From Minutocellus sp. GHC0000111 (Eukaryota): DNA of 49,719 nucleotides. Position numbers and translations under genes: made by a program. The DNA is taken from contig OZ361260.1 in the NCBI GenBank assembly GCA_977018835.1, forward strand, positions 4,216,001-4,265,719, given 5' to 3'. The notes under the pieces were generated by a model. The model did no database searches. It was not told the DNA's origin and saw only the letters and a program-made list of their open reading frames with translations. This document shows positions 10,239-19,545 of this stretch, in pieces. Numbering within the stretch: position 1 is the stretch's first letter; each line of letters starts with the position of its first letter.

Positions 10239-12926
10239 ATGAGATTAACAGGCGCCCTGAGCGCCGTCGGCGCCGCCTTGTGCGCCGCACAGATTGTGAG
10301 TTCGGTTGGGTATAATATGCTTTTCGCTGGCAATATTGAAAACGAATGCAACGGACGAGACACACGGCTGATGGGAAGCCACATTTCTTCTTTGAAATGC
10401 TGCAGACATAATTGAAGAAAAGGTGGTTGAGCAGATGCAGTAGGACGATAAACAGCAATAACTGGCGTTGATTGCTATATCAAGTGGTTCTTGGCTACTA
10501 CATGCACGGCATACTTGTGTGACGTTTGATTCCGAGCCATGCTGACATATTATGTGCTTATTTTTGCAATTCAATTCAATCCATTTCATCTCTCCCATCA
10601 AACAATCATTCAGGCAACTGCCTTCTCGTTTGGCAATGTCCGTGCTCCTTTCACCGGACGGACTGCCACCGAGCTTCGAGTTGCTTCCGAAGAGGCCGCC
10701 GCCGATGCCGCCGCAGAGCGTGCCAAGGCCGTGATGGAGGCCGAGGAAATGATGGCCAACTCGGCAGGACCTGGCATCAAGGACAATAAGCTGATGGATG
10801 TCGGTGGTCGGCCGTTCCCCCTTTCCATGATTGTCGGACAGGACAGTATCAAGCAGGCCCTGCTCCTTTCGGCCGTCAACAATCGTATGGGCGGTGTGGT
10901 AATTTCCGGTGGCAAGGGTACGGCCAAGTCCGTTATGGCCCGTGCTCTGCACCAGCTCCTCCCTCCCATCGAAGTCCTCAAGGACTCGCCCTTCAACATC
11001 GATCCCGAGGGCGAGTTTGGCCTGGATGACTTCACCAAGACCGACCTTGCCAACGGCGGCGTTCCCCTCAGTGAGCGTGAGACCGAGATCATTGACGCAC
11101 CCTTCGTCCAGGTTCCTCTCAACGTTATGGAGGATCGTCTCATCGGTTCTGCCGACCTCGAGGAGTCCGTCAAGACTGGAAAGACCGTGTTTTCTCCCGG
11201 TCTTCTTGCCAAGGCCCATCGTGGTGTCCTCTACGTTGATGATATCAACCTCCTCGATGAGGAGACTGCCAACATCCTTCTCAATGTTGTCACCGAGGGC
11301 GAGGTCATTGTCGAGCGTGAGGGTCTTTCCCTCCGTTACCCCTGCAAGCCCCTCCTCATTGCTACCTTCAATCCCGATGAGGGAGAGCTCCGTGACCATC
11401 TCCTCGATCGCATTTCCGTCGCTCTGTCAGCTGATGCCCAGCCCCTCGAGCTCGACCAGCGTGTTGAGGCCGTTGAGTCTGTCCTGAACTTCGCCGGTTC
11501 CGGAAAGCAGGGAAGCAGCGATGCCGAGACTGCCCTCGCCGAGGCCATCGAGAACGAGGATGATCTCAAGACCGCCATCGTATTTGCTCGCGAATACATC
11601 AAGGACCTCAAGATTGCTCCCTCCCAAGTCCAGTACCTTTGTGAGGAGGCCATTCGCTCTGGTTGTCAGGGCCACCGTGCCGAGATCTTCGCTTGCGAGG
11701 TTGCCCGCGCTGCTGCCGCTCTTGAGGGTCGCCAGATCACCTCCGACGATCTTCGCCTTGGCGTCAAGCTTGCCATTGCTCCCCGTGGCACCTTCATCAA
11801 CACCCCCGAGGACATGGACGATGAAATGATGCCCCCTCCCCCTCCTCCCCCCCCGCCGCCGCAGATGGACGAGCAGAACGAGGACACCGACCGCGATGAA
11901 GAGGATGAGGATGAGCAGGATGACATTGACGAGCCCGATGAGGATGATGACAGCCCCGACGAAGCTCCCGATGTCCCCGATGTTCCCCAAGAGTTCATGT
12001 TCGATGTTGACTCCACCCCTATTGATCCCGACCTTATTGAATTCTCCTCCCGCGAGCGTGCTGGCAAGGGCGGCGGACGTGGTCTCATCTTCTCGCAGGA
12101 CCGTGGACGGTACATCAAGCCCATGCTCCCCAAGGGCAAGGTCGTTCGATTGGCAGTCGATGCCACCCTTCGCGCCTCCGCTCCGTACCAGAAGTCGCGC
12201 CGGGAACGTGCTATTGGTACCAAGAATGAGGCCCGGGGAGTCCACATTGAGCAGGGAGACGTCCGTATTAAGAAGATGGCCCGAAAGGCTGGCTCTCTCA
12301 TTATTTTCGTGTGTGATGCTTCCGGATCGATGGCTCTGAACCGTATGAATGCTGCCAAGGGAGCTGCCATGAGTCTCTTGACCGAGGCCTACCAAAGCCG
12401 TGATCAGATTTCTCTCATCCCCTTCCAGGGTGATGCTGCTGAGGTTCTCCTTCCTCCGACAAAGAGTATTGCCATGGCCAAGAAGAGGTTGGAGTCGATG
12501 CCCTGCGGTGGAGGATCTCCCCTCGCCGATGCTCTCCAAAAAGCTATGCTTACTGGATTGAATGCTCAGAAGAGTGGAGATGTTGGCAAGGTTGTTGTTG
12601 TACTAATTTCCGATGGTCGAGCAAATGTTCCCCTTTGTGTGTCGCAGGGTGAGGAGTTCGATCCTGAGGCCGATGAGGATTCCAAGGACGGAAAGCCCAG
12701 CCGAAAATACTTGAAGGAGGAGGTTCTAGCCTGTGCTAAGCAAATGGCGGCCCTTCCCGGCTTTAACCTCCTTTCCATCGATACTGAGAACAAGTTTATC
12801 TCAACTGGAGTAGCTAAGGAGATTGCCAGTGCCGCAATGGGTAACTACCACCAGATCTCCAAGGCCGATGGAAATGCTATTGCAAGTGTAACGAATCAGG
12901 CTCTCAATGCCATCAAGAATGAATAA
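10239..12926 (+). CDS. CHLD: Magnesium chelatase subunit D. Exon 1 is 10239-10295 and the intron is 10296-10613.
   Basis: AAA+ domain (GGKGTAKS; PGLLAKAHRGVLYVDDINLL), poly-Pro/acidic linker, and vWA domain (DASGSMALNRM; GGGSPLA). The spliced N-terminus MRLTGALSAVGAALCAAQI-ATAFSF is a plastid presequence. Confidence 0.96.
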
Positions 12927-13062
12927 ATAAGATAAGCACTATATACCTTCTGTACAAGCTAGATAGATCATCACTTCTAGAAAAATATACCTTGCCTATT
13001 CTAAGATCCCGTGGCTAGTTCCAGAAAATTGAGTCGTTGAGTCTCTCGTCAATCAAAATGGG

Positions 13063-15177
13063 TTATGTATCCAGGCATTTGCCTCTTTTTGCGCTGACGT
13101 TTTGCACTGGGCTGTTCGTTATCGACGTCAGCATGTTTACTAGAACGCTTTTTTTCGGCAGCTTCCATGTCTTCAATTGTTCCGTGTTCACCGACATCAG
13201 TGTAGAGTCTATCATCCTCAACAAGTCCTGTTTACTGACATGTTCAGAGTCTCCATCGTCGTACATGATGAAGAAGTACTCTTCCTTGTCCTTTCCTTCT
13301 TGCTCGACCTTTGCGATGCGGCCCCGGTAGATATTTCGCTTGGGCGTTTTTGCAGTAGAATTTGGGTCTGTAAAAATTTTGGCTACCCGAGTTCCAATAA
13401 TATTGATAAGATATCTTCCTTCGATATAATGTGCCATCACGCTCGCGGCCACGCCAAAGTGTGGCAAAGCAAATTTCTTGAGAATCGGGTGGACAGCGCG
13501 TCTTGCGCTGTAAGTCACATCTTCGTCTTCATCCTCGTCGCCATCCCAACACGTGGCGGCTGGGCTGTCATTCCAGGGGAACCGCAGAAAGCCGTCTTCT
13601 CCACCAATGTCCTGCTCTAACGCATTGAATTGAACGGCTGGAGTGGTGGCGGGAGTCTTCCGATGAGTATTGACTAGGTCTCCAATTAGCTCGGAATCGA
13701 CTCCCGACAAAACTATATTCTTTTTTGCGTTGTTCAGATCATAAAGCGACCGAAAGACCGGCGTCCGCCTTGTCAAACCACCTCTAACGCCACTTCCACC
13801 ATCGCTCTCCTCGCTGTCAGTGTATTCGCCGTAAAATTTGTCCAGTGCCGAAGCAATGCGCTCTAAACGATCCAGAGCAGCAGCACCTTCTTCACTTAGC
13901 CTCTTCATTTGGGAACCCTTAGAAGCTGCTTGGTTCAAACGGTAAATCCAAAACGAGACGAGACTGCGGGCATTTTCAATTACTTCTTTTTTCATGTCCC
14001 CCAAAGTATTGTCGATTGCCCTCTTAATCTGCTCGGCGGAGGCGTCGACCGCTCGAATGAATTGATCATGGCCAACAATGATCTCTTTCTCCTGCAAAGA
14101 TTCCATGCCGGAAGCCTTGGCTTCAGATGAAATCAAATCTTTCAACTTGACGCTAAGACCAGAACCTATGGTGTCGCCAATAATTTCCCCTCGCTCATCA
14201 GTACAAATGCACTGTATCACAGTTGGGCTACAATCGATTACCAATGCAGGATACCCATGAAGCAAACCAGCTCCTCGGACTGTGGCTAGCAGTTGTGGAG
14301 ACAAGTAATTTGTTTCGATGGCTTTCTCATCTTGTTTTGTCTGGTCCCTGTTGCTAGCTCTTGGGACGCAGTCCTTATTCTTCGTCGCTGTCTTTCCAGA
14401 AGGCGACGACTTGTTGCCGGACATCTCCTCTTCCGCTTCTTCAACATCAGTGCAAGGGGGGAGACAGAGAACGCTTTGGTCGAAATCCGATGATTTCATC
14501 AAAACACACATTGGCTTTATATCAGGTCGACATCGACCGGTATCTTTCCACAATTGCATGATACGATCCACCTGCGTCTTGAACACTTGGCTCTCATTTT
14601 CATCGTTGGGAGATACCAGGAAAATAATGACCCGACGCTCGGCACTGCTACTTGGACGGGGCTTCGATGATGAGTTGGCGGCAGCTTCAGCTCCAAATAC
14701 AAAATTATGTGCAAACTGAGAGAGATAACGTGTGACCTCGTCCTCGTCATTGCTGCCGACGAATGGGGTTCTCCAAAACATGGCAGGCTGACATCCGTGC
14801 ATTACACCTCGATGTACCGCCCATCGGAGATGTGGCCTTCTGTTCGCACTCTTCCAGTAGGCATGCTTGTCTGTTTGAGATTGTGCAGTGGAATCAGCAG
14901 TGGAAGGTGTGGTCTGTAATTCCGCCTCTTCGCAGCCAGGAACAAGAACAATGGATAAGAAGTACTCGTCCCGTGAGCTGGGGAGGAGTAGACCCACCGT
15001 ACCCTTGTTATTGTTGTCGGTGGCGGAAGAGGTGCCGGTACCACCACCAGCAGCGGTATTGGCGGCGTAACGAGCCGAAGAGGCATCTCCCCCAGTAGCA
15101 GAGCTGGCAGCAGTGGAAGCATGAGATGTATCTGCCGGCGGCGGCCCCTTCTTGGGACTACTTAGAGCTCCGCCCAT
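13063..15177 (-). CDS. Protein with a degenerate type III pantothenate kinase (CoaX)-like segment and a C-terminal Tudor-like domain
   Basis: 704-aa ORF. LATVRGAGLLHGYPALVIDCS...DERGEIIGDTIGSGL resembles CoaX LVIDxGT...GGxIxPG. GTRVAKIF...YRGRI...FFIMYDDGDSEHV is a Tudor-like (PTM/DIR17-type) motif. Confidence 0.55.
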   Translation of the reverse strand: MGGALSSPKKGPPPADTSHASTAASSATGGDASSARYAANTAAGGGTGTSSATDNNNKGTVGLLLPSSRDEYFLSIVLVPGCEEAELQTTPSTADSTAQSQTDKHAYWKSANRRPHLRWAVHRGVMHGCQPAMFWRTPFVGSNDEDEVTRYLSQFAHNFVFGAEAAANSSSKPRPSSSAERRVIIFLVSPNDENESQVFKTQVDRIMQLWKDTGRCRPDIKPMCVLMKSSDFDQSVLCLPPCTDVEEAEEEMSGNKSSPSGKTATKNKDCVPRASNRDQTKQDEKAIETNYLSPQLLATVRGAGLLHGYPALVIDCSPTVIQCICTDERGEIIGDTIGSGLSVKLKDLISSEAKASGMESLQEKEIIVGHDQFIRAVDASAEQIKRAIDNTLGDMKKEVIENARSLVSFWIYRLNQAASKGSQMKRLSEEGAAALDRLERIASALDKFYGEYTDSEESDGGSGVRGGLTRRTPVFRSLYDLNNAKKNIVLSGVDSELIGDLVNTHRKTPATTPAVQFNALEQDIGGEDGFLRFPWNDSPAATCWDGDEDEDEDVTYSARRAVHPILKKFALPHFGVAASVMAHYIEGRYLINIIGTRVAKIFTDPNSTAKTPKRNIYRGRIAKVEQEGKDKEEYFFIMYDDGDSEHVSKQDLLRMIDSTLMSVNTEQLKTWKLPKKSVLVNMLTSITNSPVQNVSAKRGKCLDT

Positions 15178-15230
15178 CCTTGCTCGGCTACTGTTTATTT
15201 ACTCTTGCCGGTACTTCATTGTGGCGTTGC

Positions 15231-15250
15231 ATGTGGCGGGCCCGCCACAT
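15231..15250. promoter_or_regulatory. Perfect 20-bp palindrome, candidate dimeric TF site
   Basis: ATGTGGCGGGCCCGCCACAT. The same core recurs at 23148-23165. Confidence 0.5.
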
Positions 15251-15301
15251 TGTCTCCGGGTTTCTTTTTGCGAGGCCCGCCCGCCGCCCGTCAGTCCTGG
15301 C

Positions 15302-15803
15302 CAGGGTTGTCTACCCGACCACTTTTTGTCATGGGTGGGTGGGTGTCGGGTGTTACCCGAGGAGAATTCTGGATGGGTGTGGGTAGACGGGTAGGCACCC
15401 ATTTGCATGCTTGAAGTGGCGGGTATCGGGTATGGGCAATGGGTATCTAATTTTGGGTGCATGAGAGGCTCAAACTCAGATTTTTCTTTGGCAAAGCCGA
15501 GTTCTTCTGCAAAAAGTTCACTGTGGTGGGCACCTTGAGCTCTTGGTGGCCACTTTTAGGGGGGGGATTTTGGCGTTGTTCGTGGTGGCTGTTGTGCAAA
15601 ATTATGCAAATTTGGCCTAGAGATGAGGCAATTTTCACACCCATCTAGCCACCCATCCACACGTCTGTAACGATGGGTGTCGGGTGGGTGTCACCCATCG
15701 CCATGCGTTGGTCGGGTGGGTAGAATATCTACCCACCCACCCGGCAAAAACCGGCACCCGACACCCATTCGGGTGTGGGTATCTCCTCGGGTAGACAACC
15801 CTG
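15302..15803. mobile_element. hAT-superfamily MITE, 502 bp
   Basis: Perfect 17-bp TIRs CAGGGTTGTCTACCCGA / TCGGGTAGACAACCCTG, an exact 8-bp TSD GTCCTGGC (15294-15301 and 15804-15811), and many subterminal GGGT/ACCC repeats (GGGTGTCGGGTG, TACCCGAGGAGA). Confidence 0.95.
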
Positions 15804-15939
15804 GTCCTGGCATGCATAAGATCCCGCGGAACCCTTGCTGGACACCACATTCTTTGATCCATCGAAGGGTCGACGCATACGAGCTACGTAGTAGAGCTCA
15901 TCGCAAAGAAGGTGAATAGGCAGCACCAGCGGCGACTCA

Positions 15940-16740
15940 ATGAAGATCTTCATTCATTTACTATCCTGCGTTGCCACGACGGTGGCCTTCTCGATCTCCC
16001 CGCCGACAACGTGTCGTCCTACACAGGCACAAGACGGCTGTGGATCCAATCTTCGTTTGACGGTCCGCCGTCGCAGCTCAACGCCATTTTCAGTTGGAGG
16101 GCCATCGGATGAATTACTGGAGCTGTTCTCGAGGCAGGTGACACAAGAGTTCTCGGCCTCTCAGCTATATCTGAGCGCGTCCATATGGTTCAATCGGCGC
16201 GAGTGGGAAGAGATGGCAGCCTACATGCTCGCAGAATCTGCCGAGGAGAGAGGGCATGCCCTTGAGTTTGTAGACTTTGCCAACAAACGCAACATTCCCA
16301 CCAAGCTAGAAACCATCGAGGCTCCAAATGCTCAGTGGGAGTCACCAGAGGAGGTATGGGCAGACATATTGAAGCTGGAGGAGACCAACACTGCGAGTCT
16401 TCTGAGGGTTGCCGAGGCGGCCAATTCTTGTCAGGACTATGCTGTGCTAGCCTTCCTCAATCCTTTTCACGTAAGTGCAATGATTATTTGCAGGTGATAT
16501 TGCTAGTGCCTATACTTTATTGGGCTGGTTCTTGTCTGACTATTGTTATCTTATTTCAATTATTGCCGCGCCCACTTCACCTACACATTTTCATCAATAA
16601 CCCTCTCAACAAAGATGGAACAAGTAGACGCCGAGGACAAGATAAGCACTATACTGGCTAAGGTGAAGGATGAGAACAAGACGCCAGGTCTTTTGAGGCA
16701 GCTAGATCACGAGCTTGGACAGGAGGCAGGTACAGCGTAA
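15940..16740 (+). CDS. FTN: Ferritin, plastid-targeted; intron 16471-16614
   Basis: Ferroxidase-centre motifs QEFSASQLYLSASIWF, AESAEERGHA and FH|MEQVDAE. The signal peptide ends VA-F. GTAAGT...AAG intron. Confidence 0.92.
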
Positions 16741-16852
16741 ATAGCAAAGTGACAATTCAGAAATTTAAAAGAATATATTTTTCACTTGTAAAAATCTTCT
16801 TTAGCTTACATGTACTGCATTATTGCATCTCGTCGATGTTTCTGGGAAACAT

Positions 16853-18197
16853 CTACATTTGCTCTTCATCCATTTTAAAGTGCCAATTTACAATCTCGAC
16901 TGCATTAGTTCCAATCGTCCCTGTGTATCCCAACATTGGCAGTATCGAAAAGGCTGCGCAAAAGGAAGTGGAAGAAAATGTCAAAATAGACAAAAGTTTG
17001 TTGAGATGAAAGGCGAAATAAGCACCAACAGCAAATCAATTTCAATCATTACTTCGTCCCATACTCTAACTCACGTTCTTCCAATTGAATACTCAATTCC
17101 TCAATACCAAAAAGAAATACCGACAAAATGGCAGCACAGGGAATCATGGCGGCGTGGTTGAGAGTAGAGGCGAAGGGCTCGTAAAGTGCAAAAGGAAGGA
17201 GCGTGATCCAAGCTGTGAGGTACCGTGCCGTATGCTTCGTATAAAATAGAGGAACAGGCGATGAAAACAAACGTTCTGAACCACCGAGTTGATCTCCGAG
17301 CGTCACAATGCTCTTATCGATCTCATTTCTCCTCAAGGCATGCATAGGTAAATCATTGACCGCATTTGCCAGGTCAAACAAGGCACGGTTTGGTCTGTGA
17401 GCCGATGCGATGAGAGCATCGGCGTGGGCTGGTTCAAGATTCTCTCGGAGGTCGGCAACATAATCTGCCTCGGAGATAAAGGGACTCTCCATGTGACGAG
17501 CCAACGACCGCGGAAAGGCCCATATGCACTTCGCGAGATGCTCTAGCTTTTGTCTGCGGATTTCATCGTTTGGCTCAATGCTCTTTGACGACCAGGCCGC
17601 TCCCATCCGCGCAATATTGCGGGAATTATTAATTGTCAAGCCCCATGCCTTTCGTGCCTCATCCCAACGACCATAACTGGCGTTGGTTCGGAACACCAAA
17701 AGTAGGCCAAGAGATGGACTGGCCAAGGTAAAGGGGGTCAGGGGGAGCGTAAGCAGAGGGAGATGTGCAATCGGATCATGGTGAAGTCCATCGAGTCCCG
17801 TGTAGCCTTCCCCTAGGAAGAGATTCCATGCCCAAATGAAGGTGGCAATGCCTGTGACCGTGGCCACTTCCTTCGCTATGCCTCTGTAAATACCGCTGAA
17901 TACGGAGCTCCGCAGGTTCTTGAAGAAGCGATCAGGCGAGCGATGGAGCAGCCAATCATCGTGCTGGAAGCGAGTCCTTCGATATTGCCGGCTCGTTTCA
18001 ATGTAGGAATTACGGACATACGCCAGAGGGTCGTCTTCTGACGAAGTACTGTGAAGTGCCACGATGGGGCTAGTGATGGTGTTGGCGTTCTTGCTACCGC
18101 CGATGGGTGGAGCATGTGAGGTTCTTGGCACAAAGGCCTCAGATGGTGGTGGTAACAAGCCTGCAAACACAAGGAGGAAAAATGACCACACAGCCAT
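16853..18197 (-). CDS. Bestrophin-like (VCCN/BST-type) anion channel, plastid-targeted; intron 17074-16954
   Basis: Motifs LGLLLVFRTNASYGRWDEARKAWG, ERLFSSPVPLFYTKHTAR and FGIEELSIQLEE|PFSILP, the last restored by the GTGAGT...CAG intron. Presequence MAVWSFFLLVFAGLLPPPSEA-FVP. Confidence 0.9.
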
Positions 18198-18485
18198 TGC
18201 CTCCTGAGGAGCCCCGGATATATTCCTGGTACCGCGTAGCGACCTCATCTTCGTGGCGGCAAGTTGAGGCGATGCCGACGGCTACTGCTGCCGGCCGCCG
18301 CGCTGCTGCCCCGCTGTGCGCGCGCGGCCGTGCGGTCGGTACTCTCCTCGTCCGTATGTACGTACGTCGCGCTCTTGCAATCCAGCCTCATTTTTTCTTC
18401 CTCGCCGAAGAACATGGCCATCAGTCAAGAGATAAAAGCGTCGACTCGAGGGACTGCGTGTATCGGCAGGCACCATACCATTTAT

Positions 18486-19304
18486 ATGAAAAGGTCACTG
18501 ATATTATCCCTCCTTTCGATTAGCACCTTCTTTCATTATTCGCATGCCTTCTCTACGCCATATCTCTCACTGCGTGGAATCGGCGTGTCATCAAAAGCAA
18601 AAGAAGATGTGCTCACCAGACGGCGAAGCTCAAGTAGCAGCGAGAACAACAGTCACGACGGAGGATTGAGCGCAGTAGAGGCAAAGAGAGTTCAAAGATT
18701 TACTACCGGCTACGATAAATTATGTAAAACATGTCCCACTCTACTCCAACCGCGCGTGGATACACTCACAGAGATGATTTTAGGCTTGACGAAGGACGAG
18801 AGAAAGGAGTTGATGGCTAATGTGGTCAGGCGTCTTGCAAATGAAGCAACAGCTACACACGCTAGAATCCAAACATCGCAAGATATCTACAACTTTCAAA
18901 CAGATGGTGTGACCCCATGCACTGATAGTAAAGCGAATAAGAAGGATGTACTTGTGGCCGTACAACCAAATAATTCGAGCAATGAAAAGTTAATACGAAA
19001 ATTGGAAAAGACAAAGGCAAAGTTCGAGTACAACAGAAGGAAGGCTGCCAAAGCGCGACGTCTACTCGCATGTTGCAATGCTCTGCTCGCTCGCGATTTG
19101 CTTGCAAATGAGCCAACAATATACAATCTACCGAATCCTCTCGATAATGATTTTTTTTACGACATTGACGAGCTCAAGACAATGAGCCGGCAAGATCTCA
19201 AGCTAGAAAGGCTAAAGCTTCAGTCGCAAAAGGCGAAATTTGAAAGCAAAGTAGCAAAAGGAAGATTGAAGGTGTACGGTGCAAGCCGGGCTCTCGTTAT
19301 GTGA
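18486..19304 (+). CDS. Hypothetical plastid-targeted coiled-coil protein with a CxxC motif
   Basis: Presequence MKRSLILSLLSISTFFHYSHA-FSTP, motif GYDKLCKTCPTLLQPRVDTL, and basic coiled-coil segments. Confidence 0.65.
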   Translation: MKRSLILSLLSISTFFHYSHAFSTPYLSLRGIGVSSKAKEDVLTRRRSSSSSENNSHDGGLSAVEAKRVQRFTTGYDKLCKTCPTLLQPRVDTLTEMILGLTKDERKELMANVVRRLANEATATHARIQTSQDIYNFQTDGVTPCTDSKANKKDVLVAVQPNNSSNEKLIRKLEKTKAKFEYNRRKAAKARRLLACCNALLARDLLANEPTIYNLPNPLDNDFFYDIDELKTMSRQDLKLERLKLQSQKAKFESKVAKGRLKVYGASRALVM

Positions 19305-19545
19305 CTACTACGTAATGTCTGGAGTCTCGTCTATTGTGTCAATGACATATATATTATACATACTGCATCGGACAAAGCTAAGAAGCTTTAATTCTACGTA
19401 GTAGGTGTTGTTTTGTCGCATAGTCGAACTATTATTAATTCTCCTCGTATGTATAGGAATTAGAGAGATACCACCTTCGGCAGATCCTCATTTCAATTAA
19501 AGATAGATGATGCTCGCACCGGTAAAATTGCACACTGCGTCATAT

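Noticed and set aside
10296..10613. TPP riboswitch in the long CHLD intron
   Set aside because: No CUGAGA, AUACC or GAACCUG-type conserved elements, and the gene is unrelated to thiamine.
10245..12539. Long antisense ORFs (384 and 370 aa) opposite CHLD, and similar ones opposite SNF2, GCP2 and TMEM205
   Set aside because: Expected by-product of biased codon usage on the sense strand; no recognisable motifs.
15126..15953. Small ORFs between the Tudor-like gene and ferritin
   Set aside because: They lie within or across the GGGT-rich MITE and have no transposase motifs.
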